Shown here one piece after another: positions 9,104 to 17,699 of a stretch of DNA of 20,579 bases. Positions within the stretch are counted from its first letter, which is position 1. Each line of letters opens with the position of its first letter. Position numbers and translations under genes: made by a program. This stretch comes from Macrostomum lignano (taxonomy: Eukaryota), in assembly GCA_002269645.1 (NCBI GenBank), contig NIVC01004316.1:1-20579 (forward strand). Direction: 5' to 3'. A model generated the notes under the pieces. That model made no database searches. It was given only the letters and a program-made list of their open reading frames with translations, and was not told the DNA's origin.

Positions 9104-10135
9104 ATCCCAATTATAAATCTTGAATTCTGAATCCCGAATTCCAAATCCCAAATCCCGAATCCCAAATCCCGAATCCCAAATCCCGAATCCCAAATCCCGA
9201 ATCCCAAATCCCGAATCCCAAATCCCGAATCCCAAATCCCGAATCCCAAATCCCGAATCCCAAATCCCGAATCCCAAATCCCGAATCCCAAATCCCGAAT
9301 CCCAAATCCCGAATCCCAAATCCCGAATCCCAAATCCCGAATCCCAAATCCCGAATCCCAAATCCCGAATCCCAAATCCCGAATCCCAAATCCCGAATCC
9401 CAAATCCCGAATCCCAAATCCCGAATCCCAAATCCCGAATCCCAAATCCCGAATCCCAAATCCCGAATCCCAAATCCCGAATCCCAAATCCCGAATCCCA
9501 AATCCCGAATCCCAAATCCCGAATCCCAAATCCCGAATCCCAAATCCCGAATCCCAAATCCCGAATCCCAAATCCCGAATCCCGAATCCCGAATTCTCAA
9601 TCTCTAAGTCGAATCCCGAATCCCAAATCCCAAATCTCAAATTTCAAGTCCCAAATCTCAAATTTCAAGTCCCGATTCTCAAATCCCCAATACCGAATCC
9701 TAAATCCCGAATCTCAAATCTCAAATCCCGAATCCCAAATCCCAAATCACGAATTCTCAATCACTAAGTCGAATCCCGAATCTCAAATCCCGAATCCCGA
9801 ATCCCAAATCTCAAATCTTAAATCTCAAATTTCAAGTCCCGATTCTCAAATCCCCAGTACCTAATCCTAGATCCCGAATCCTAAATCCCGAATTCCAAAT
9901 CCCGAATCCCAAATCCCGAATCCCAAATCCCAAATCCCAAATCCCGAATTTTCAATCTCTAAGTCGAATCCCGAATCCCAAATCCCGAATCTCAAATTTC
10001 AAGTCCCGATTCTCAAATTCCCAATACCGAATCCGAAATCCTCAATCCCAAATCCCGAATCCCAAATCCTAAATCCTAAATCCCGAATTCCACACGATCG
10101 AATCGAGAAATCGGGAATCCCAAATCCCAAGTCCT
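9104..10135. repeat. 14-bp minisatellite (AATCCCGAATCCCA)n filling gene C intron 2; pure from about 9140-9580, degenerate and higher-order from about 9580-10135
   Basis: Unit read directly as two 7-mers; it explains the GFGIWDS/PNPKSRI ORFs. Confidence 0.97.
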
Positions 10136-10161
10136 ATGATTTTCAACTGCCAAACCTGCAG

Positions 10162-10713
10162 GCCTTCGCAGTCCGCAGCAAATTCGATCCACCGCCGCCC
10201 AGCCAGCCGGCCATCCCGATTTCGGCGGCCGACGCCCGTCAGCTGCGCGACTTCGCCAAGTCGTCGGCCGCCGGCTCGCCGAGGCAACTGCGACGGCTCC
10301 GCATCCGCTGGCCGATGCGCCGCGGCCTGCTGCCCATCCGGGACATCTGCACGGAGGTGAAGGGCGCGGTGGAGCCGGACAGGGTCGTGCTGCTCGGCGG
10401 CCACCGAGACGCCTGGCATTCCGGGGCGCTGGACCCGCACAGCGGCGTCAGCTCCCTGCTGGTGATCACCCGCGCCCTGGCGGAGCTGCAGCGGACCGGC
10501 TGGCGGCCCAGACGGACCCTGCTGGCCTGCAGCTGGGACGCCGAGGAGTGGAACCTCATCGGCAGCGCTGAGTGGCTGGACGAGGAGCTGCGCCGGGCTG
10601 ACAGGCGGCTGGTGGCGTACGTCAACACGGACACTGACATCATGGGCAACTGGAAGGTCATGGTGCACGCGTTCCGACGGTGGCGAGGCTTCTTGGACAA
10701 GCTCATCGACGAG
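10162..10713 (+). CDS. Gene C exon 3: M28 catalytic domain (EPDRVVLLGGHRDAW..GALDPHSG..GWRPRRTLLACSWDAEEW.LIGSAEW..VAYVNTD)
   Basis: Acceptor acctgCAG|GCC in phase 0. Motif-for-motif match to the GCPII catalytic core, with His, Asp, Glu-Glu and Asp ligands present. Donor GAG|GTTGGC at 10714. Confidence 0.97.
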
Positions 10714-10726
10714 GTTGGCTAACTGG

Positions 10727-11540
10727 GATCTCTGACGCCCGATCCAGCCCCTCCTGACACTCCATACTGGTATCTCTGACGCCCGATCTCTGACACTCCA
10801 TATTAGCATCCTGACACCCGTTCCAGCCTCTCCTGACACTCCATACTGGCATCTCTGACACCCGTTCCAGCCTCTCCTGACACTCCATATTAGTATCTCT
10901 GACACCCGATCCAGCCTCTCCTGACACTCCATATTAGCATCTCTGACACCCGTTCCAGCCTCTCCTGACACTCCATACTGGCATCTCTGACACCCGTTCC
11001 AGCCTCTCCTGACACTCCATACTGGCATCTCTGACACCCGTTCCAGCCTCTCCTGACACTCCATATTAGTATCTCTGACACCCGTTCCAGCCTCTCCTGA
11101 CACTCCATATTAGCATCTCTGACACCCGTTCCAGCCTCTCCTGACACTCCATACTGGCATCTCTGACACCCGTTCCAGCCTCTCCTGACACTCCATACTG
11201 GCATCTCTGACACCCGTTCCAGCCTCTCCTGACACTCCATATTAGTATCTCTGACACCCGATCCAGCCTCTCCTGACACTCCATATTAGCATCTCTGACA
11301 CCCGTTCCAGCCTCTCCTGACACTCCATATTAGCATCTCTGACACCCGTTCCAGCCTCTCCTGACACTCCATATTAGCATCTCTGACACCCGATCCAGCC
11401 TCTCCTGACACTCCATATTAGTATCTCTGACACCCGATCCAGCCTCTCCTGACACTCCATATTAGCATCTCTGACACCCGATCCAGCCCCTCCTGACACT
11501 CCATACTGGTATCTCTGACGCCCGATCCAGCCTCCTCTGA
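10727..11540. repeat. 44-bp minisatellite (CTCTGACACCCGTTCCAGCCTCTCCTGACACTCCATAYTRGYAT)n, about 18 copies, filling gene C intron 3
   Basis: Unit read directly; the 44-aa periodicity of the repeat ORFs equals 3 x 44 nt. Confidence 0.97.
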
Positions 11541-11578
11541 CCCTCTTCGCTCCCTCTTCGCTCCCTCTCCTGCAACAG

Positions 11579-12366
11579 GTGCCCAACCCGGACCCCAACG
11601 GCGACAGTCGCTACCACTTCTACAAGACGCCAGACGCCTACTCCGACTACTACGTGTTCTGGCGCACGCTGGGCGTCCCCATCGTGGACCTGTCCTACAT
11701 CCGGCCCAACGAGACTCGCATGGTTGTGTACGACCTCTACCACAGCCGGTACGACACCGCCAGGCTCTACCGGATGATCGACCCCGGAGGCAGGGCGCAC
11801 CTGGCCACAGTGCAGAACTACCTGGGCATTGTGTACACCCTGCTGGATTCCGCCGTGCTGCCGGGAATCTCACCGAGTTCTCCCAGGAGATCGAGTACGC
11901 CATGGGCAGGCTGGTTGGCCAAGCCAGGGTGTCGCTGTGGACTCGAACCCAGGACCAACCGGCTGGCTGGGCGACCATGGAGGCCGAGTTTCGACGCCAG
12001 ATGCGTCGCGCCAGACGGGCGCTGCGCCGTTTCGAATCTGAGACGCTCGAGCCGCTGCGGCGGCTGTGGCTGGACGGCGGCCCGGTGCAGGAGGATCCGG
12101 CTCGAGCCCTCCTGCGGCTGAGGATGGCCAACGACAAGCTGATGGAGGTGCAGCAGGCCTTCGTGTACAGGTCGGTGTACCCGAGCCAGTCCATTGCCAA
12201 CCTGCTGGCGGACGAGCCGGCCTTCGCCAACCTCTTCGCCGCCAGCTTCCCATCAAACAGTGCCGAGGAAGCGGACAGGAGGCGACAGTTGATGAAGCTG
12301 GTTGAGACCAGTATCCTGAGTCTGGCTTCGGTGACTAAAATTATGTCTGACAGTTTTGCTGACTGA
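11579..12366 (+). CDS. Gene C exon 4: end of the catalytic domain (SDYYVF..LGVP..LYHSRYDT) and TfR-like dimerisation domain (RMANDKLMEVQQAF); needs +1 base at GGG 11863-11865
   Basis: Acceptor caaCAG|GTG in phase 0. ORF 11579 matches GCPII up to LDSAVLP, and the frame of ORF 11902 continues the homology (GCPII RMMNDQLMFLERAF). One extra G gives VLPGNLTEFSQEIEY. Stop TGA at 12364-12366. Confidence 0.92.
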
Positions 12367-12423
12367 ACGATGGATTCGAATTGGCTTTGATTGATTGCGG
12401 TTGGTGCCAGGTTGATAAAGATA

Positions 12424-13312
12424 TAGCGCCAGATGGGATAATAGAAATGGCGTAAGATGGTTTATTATACATGGCGCCAGATAAGTTATTAGACATGGCG
12501 TCAGATGAGTTAATAGACATGGCGCCAGATGGACTAATAGACATGGCGCCAGATGGGCTAATAGACATGGCGCCAGTTTATTAGACATGGCGTCAGAAAA
12601 GCCAATAGACATGGCGCCAGATAAGCCAATAGGCATGGCGCCAGATGGGTTAGACATGGCGCCAGATAGGCTAATAGACATGGCGCCAGATGGGCTAATA
12701 GACATGGCGCCAGTTTATTAGACATGGCGTCAGAAAAGCCAATAGACATGGCGCCAGATAAGCCAATAGGCATGGCGCCAGACATGGCGCCAGAGGCTAA
12801 TAGACATGGCGCCAGATGGGCTAATAGACATGGCGCCAGATGGGCTAATAGACATGGCGCCAGATGGGCTAATAGACATGGCGCCAGATGGGCTAATAGA
12901 CATGGCGCCAGATGGGCTAATAGACATAGCGCCAGATGGGTTAATAGACATGGCGCCAGATGGGCTAATAGACATGGCGCCAGATGGGCTAATAGACATG
13001 GCGCCAGATGGGCTAATAGACATGGCGCCAGATGGGCTAATAGACATGGCGCCAGATGGGCTAATAGACATGGCGCCAGATGGGCTAATAGACATGGCGC
13101 CAGATGGGCTAATAGACATGGCGCCAGATGGGCTAATAGACATGGCGCCAGATGGGCTAATAGACATGGCGCCAGATGGGCTAATAGACATGGCGCCAGA
13201 TGGGCTAATAGACATGGCGCCAGATGGGCTAATAGACATGGCGCCAGATGGGCTAATAGACATGGCGCCAGATGGGCTAATAGACATGGCGCCAGATGAG
13301 TTAATAGACGTG
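12424..13312. repeat. 24-bp minisatellite (GACATGGCGCCAGATGGGCTAATA)n, about 36 copies; pure from about 12806-13290
   Basis: Unit read directly; it explains the MAPDGLID/LLAHLAPC/MSISPSGA ORFs. Confidence 0.97.
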
Positions 13313-13616
13313 GCTCCATTTGCGCGAACGATCGATGGTCAGAGGCCACCCCAAGCCCAACAGAACACGGACTGACTTTGTGTAAATTGACAAGCCTATA
13401 TATTCATTGCTTAATATTTCTGCCATCAAAATTTTTAAATATGAAAATTTTTATCAAAAATTTTGCGATTCAACTGCCCTCCTGTACGAGTATCAAATGA
13501 TGCAGCTGCAGCTCCCCCCTGCCTCTTTGCACAGCAACCAAAGTTGCAGCAAAAGCATCCGGATGGCGAAAGCGGCCAGGTTCTGCTGTAACAGTGTCGC
13601 TACGATGCCCAGTGCA

Positions 13617-13622
13617 AATAAA
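13617..13622 (+). terminator. Candidate polyadenylation signal AATAAA for gene C
   Basis: First AATAAA I found downstream of the 24-bp array, 83 nt after a good acceptor (ctctttgcaCAG, 13534). The assignment is inferred. Confidence 0.35.
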
Positions 13623-13809
13623 TAACTCTCTGCGCTCGTTTTTAAACGGTGCCCCCCGCCCTCACCAAATTCTGCATTGGCAGTTTGCTCTGCCAAAGAT
13701 TTCAATTATACATGCATAAACTGCCGTTTCACTGCTGCGCGCCTTCCACCGTCGAATGCTGTAAAAATAACTGCAGCAGTTTCTGGGCGAATTCACGGCG
13801 GATAACAAA

Positions 13810-14041
13810 TTATGAAGCTACATGGGGTTTGGCACTCAAAACATCCCGAGTGGCAGAAGATCCCATCGGCTGGGCAGACAGGAATGCCTCAGCGGGCTGG
13901 CGGGGGGCCGGGAAGAAGCGGCCTGGGGTATCGGGCGTTTTTATTAGATGCCGCGGAGCCCCGCCGCTATCGGACCGCCGCCATCTCGGCCGCCGCTGGT
14001 GGAGATAAACATTGGGGTATCCCATCTGGCCTGCTGCTGGG
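13810..14041 (-). CDS. Gene D putative terminal exon (H|[20 protein letters not shown]...KPHVAS*)
   Basis: Acceptor ctgtctgtCAG (14043-14042); phase-2 entry matches the upstream donor, and the frame is open to TAA at 13812-13810. Confidence 0.5.
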
Positions 14042-14042
14042 C

Positions 14043-14473
<431 letters not shown>

Positions 14474-14550
14474 GTGCTGTGGCCAATGACTTCTTTTCAA
14501 GCGTTATGAATTAAGAAGACCGCAAGGCAGATACTTGATCATCAACTTAC

Positions 14551-14584
14551 TGACATTTCCATTTGTTAAATTTCTGTTTCAAAC
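14551..14584 (-). CDS. Gene D putative micro-exon (GLKQKFNKWKC)
   Basis: Acceptor gattgtttCAG (14586-14585) and consensus donor GTAAGT at 14550. The 34-nt exon has only one open frame, phase 1 to phase 2, matching both neighbours. Confidence 0.55.
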
Positions 14585-14922
14585 CTGAAACAATCCCATT
14601 TTGGGATCTAGGATTCGCAGACTGAGGAGAGGAGCAGGTTTTTATATTTCTGCTCCCAATGGGAGAAGGCAGCAAACAGAATTGGGGACAGCTTGGCAGT
14701 TTAAGAAAGACATTTTCAGCGCAAAGAAAATTAAGTTCGAATTCCATATAATTCTCTTTGGCAGGGAAGAACTCGCGACAAAGACCTCAAAACTGAATTA
14801 CACACTGGGGGCGGGGGCGATATTGAGCGCTCATGTTTGTCAACAAAAGCCAATAGTTATTAAAAACGAAAATATTTGTATGCTTTATGACAACTTTGCA
14901 GCCTGGAGACAACAGAAATTAC

Positions 14923-15029
14923 CTGCTGCATTACATAAATCAATCAGTTCGGAAATCCGCGGAGGAGAACTCGGCATTTTCGCCAACACTTTTTCCCTCC
15001 GAACGCGTTTCGCCTTTACAAATATTCAA
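14923..15029 (-). CDS. Gene D putative exon 2 (VEY[F]VKAKRVRREKVLAKMPSSPPRISELIDLCNAA); needs one base correction
   Basis: Acceptor ttcattccCAG (15031-15030) and donor CAG|GTAATT (14922, phase 1). The frame is open with +1 T at 15022-15020. An alternative repair in another frame is possible. Confidence 0.4.
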
Positions 15030-15626
15030 CTGGGAATGAATTAACGCGACACAGAAACTCGGTTTGTAAGACTTGGGGACAGTTTATCTAGCCCTATAAA
15101 ATACTGGGTTTCTAGGTCCATGGCGGCAATCAGAGTTGTACTATAGTTTAGTTTAGCGCACAGCCATTGCTGAGGTCAGGAAAAGTATTTGAGATTAATC
15201 CAGGTAAGCAAAAATTAATTAGCATAAGCTGTAACTGTCCTTCCAGCTCTCCAGATTCTGCAAACTAATAAATTTGGTTCTTTGGTCAGCGGGTTTTTTA
15301 TTGATCTTAACTTTTGTCAGGTTTTCATTTTCCCTTTCAAAAAAGTTGTCGCGCGTTTTGATTTTAAATTTGAATATTGTTGAAATTTTTCTGTTTAAAA
15401 CGTTTTAAGACTTAATAGCATCAGTTTCTATACTCATATAGCGGTTGAAGCTGACCACAAAACACAAATTTAATGAACCCAATATAAAATAAAAATGCGA
15501 GATACGTGCATAGGCGTGAGCAGTGGGTAATCACAGTTGGAAACGAGTTCACAGTTCTCAAACACATCGAGATTAAATACACAAGAGATTATCGATGCAA
15601 TGCACTTTTGAATATTGACGACCCAC

Positions 15627-16597
15627 CTGTCCAAGTGGCATCATCTTGGCGTCTCAACAGCGGTAGCCGATTTTGTCAGCGGCCACAAGTACACGGCGTC
15701 CTTTGGTGGCAAAGGAATCGTGCAGGCCTTCTCAAACAGCTTGGCGTTGATGGGGATCGCGAAGGTGTGGCTGCCGCCTACGCCGCTCGCGGAGCCGCTC
15801 GAGGCGTTGTCATCTTTTGAAGCATCGCTTGGAGTCGGTGCGGCGGCAGCGGCGGCGGCGGCGGCGGCAGCAGCGGCAGCGGCAGCAGCGGCAGCGGCTG
15901 CGGCAGCGCCGCCAAGCTTGTGATGCCGTCTGGCCAGCACCTCGCAGGAGTCGCGGCTCCGCATTCGCTGCCAGAGCCGTTCGTAGAAGAGCCGCGTCGC
16001 CTCCTCCCAGCCGCAGGCCCGACGCTGCTGGTGCTGCGGCTTCATCAGCGGGGCCTCCTCCCGATGCCGCTGGCGCCTGTCGAGACTGCCGGCTCCTTGA
16101 TGATGCTCCAGCCTGGTGCCGATGAAGGAAGGCTTCGCCACCGAAATGGGCAGCGCGCAGGTGGACCAGGCCTGCTGCTGCTGCCGCTGGTTTCAATGGC
16201 CTGCTGCTGAAGCTGGGCCGGCGAGTCGGCGGCGATCCTCGGCATCACGCGAAGAGTTTTGTTGGGCGCGGCCGATGATGCCGAGGAGCACGAGGACGAC
16301 GACGACGACAGAGACGAGGAAGAAGAAGACAAAGACGATGAAGGCGGTGGAGTCGACGGTGCTCGAATGACAGCGGCGACGGCTGGTTTGAACTGCTGCT
16401 GGCATCGAATATGATTTTGTTGCTGCTGCTGCACAATTTGCACACTTGTGCCAAACTGTTGGGCCCGGCGAACTGGCGCTGGAATCACTTGTGGCTGGTG
16501 CACCGAGGCAACGTGATGCCTGGCAGGCAGGCACTGAAGATAGTACACGGGCTGAGCGCACACAACCGGCTGTTGACGAATTGGATGAAGGATGTAG

Positions 16598-16628
<31 letters not shown>

Positions 16629-16654
16629 TAATCTGCTGCCGGATTTGCTGCTGC

Positions 16655-16686
<32 letters not shown>

Positions 16687-16974
16687 CTGCTGTTGCTGCT
16701 GCTGCACAGCGGAGCTTAAAATTGTCTGTTGGCTGACAAACCTGTGGCTGAGGACGGTTCGAGCCGGCTGCTGATGCTGGAGGCTTTGGCTGCTCGTGCT
16801 CACCAGGACCAGCTGGCCGTCTGGCAGGATCAGAGCCTGGCCAAACTTCAGTCCGGAGTTCGACGCTGAGTTTGCCACAGCCGATGCTGTCGCCGTCTCC
16901 GCTGGGCGTGAAGCCGAGCGGGGAGTCGCCGACGGTGTTGTAGACGCCGCGTTGCTTTCAGCGAAATTTTCCAT
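15627..16974 (-). CDS. Gene D exon 1: Gln/Ser/Ala-rich, probably nuclear regulatory protein (about Q20 and Q9 tracts, S-rich run, A23 tract); family not identified
   Basis: ATG at 16974. ORFs 16045..16974 and 15641..16141 fuse with one extra A at 16193-16191 (QQQAIE[N]QRQQQQAWSTC). Donor ACAG|GTGGGT at 15626 lies just past TGA 15643-15641 and is reached by a further single-base correction. Confidence 0.7.
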
Positions 16975-17699
16975 AATTGAGGTGCTCTTTTGTTAGTTAG
17001 ATTTCAAATCACAGACTGTTCACTGCCTCTGGAATGTCATTTTTGTGTTGTTTCTGTCTGTTGCGGACGTTTGATGGCGTATGAACCAGCTAGAGAGACT
17101 TGCACTGAAGCCGTCAGCTGTTCTGTCGGACCAAATGCTCCCCCGGGCGGGGATCTGCAAGCATTTTTGAGGTTTGGACCAGAGACTCATCTAGCCAGAG
17201 GCGTAGTTTGTGGTGACGTACTTATGAAAGTCAGGCATAAATTATACATAATCCAAACCTGAAAAAACGTTCGTTCAGTTAAATAATTCCTGTGGTAAAA
17301 TAGTGATAAAAACAGAGGATCGATTCGCGGTAATAGGATATTTCTTCGAAAGCAATCAGAAGAAACTGCTTGGCTCTTATTTCAGTATTGCCGAAAGCAA
17401 GCAGACTTTGCGATTGATTAGATTGGGCTTTGGCATCTCTATAACTCCGCTTTGAATCAAATTTCCTCTGCTACTACACCTGTTGGGCAGGGCGCGGCCT
17501 GGCGTCAGCAGTAAATCCAGGGCTCCAGCCTCGCAGGCCCTGGAGATTCGGTGATTACGGATATGCTCTGTATGGACCAGCATATTGATTCGATCATGCA
17601 ACTAGGCCTTAGGTCGCCAGTGCAATAATGCTACAGGTCAAATGTAGCGTAAATTTTTAATTGACTTTATTGTACTTCAATTAATGCTGTTCTTTTAGG

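Noticed and set aside
8190-10135. Interstitial telomeric repeat
   Set aside because: The core is AATCCC/GGGATT, the reverse rather than a rotation of TTAGGG/CCCTAA, and it is embedded in 14- and 21-bp units.
11855-11877. A 23-nt GT-AG micro-intron that would also restore the gene C frame
   Set aside because: It would delete the conserved VLP motif (GCPII SIVLP), it is far shorter than the other introns here (74 nt or more), and it has no pyrimidine tract. A single missing G is simpler.
11860-11900. Programmed -1 ribosomal frameshift in gene C (and at 16191 in gene D)
   Set aside because: GGGAATC and TGAAACC are not X_XXY_YYZ slippery heptamers, and similar lesions occur in every gene of the window.
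7315-12366. Assigning the symbol FOLH1 or NAALAD2
   Set aside because: Family membership is clear, but orthology cannot be established by eye and the specificity residues differ.
13493-13705. Hydrophobic minus-strand ORF as an extra gene D exon
   Set aside because: It lies beyond the gene D stop at 13810, and there is no convincing donor to reach it.
14960-15029. Chromodomain-like VE...RVR..KV in gene D exon 2
   Set aside because: It lacks the following YLVKWKG and TWEP motifs, and it depends on a frame repair.
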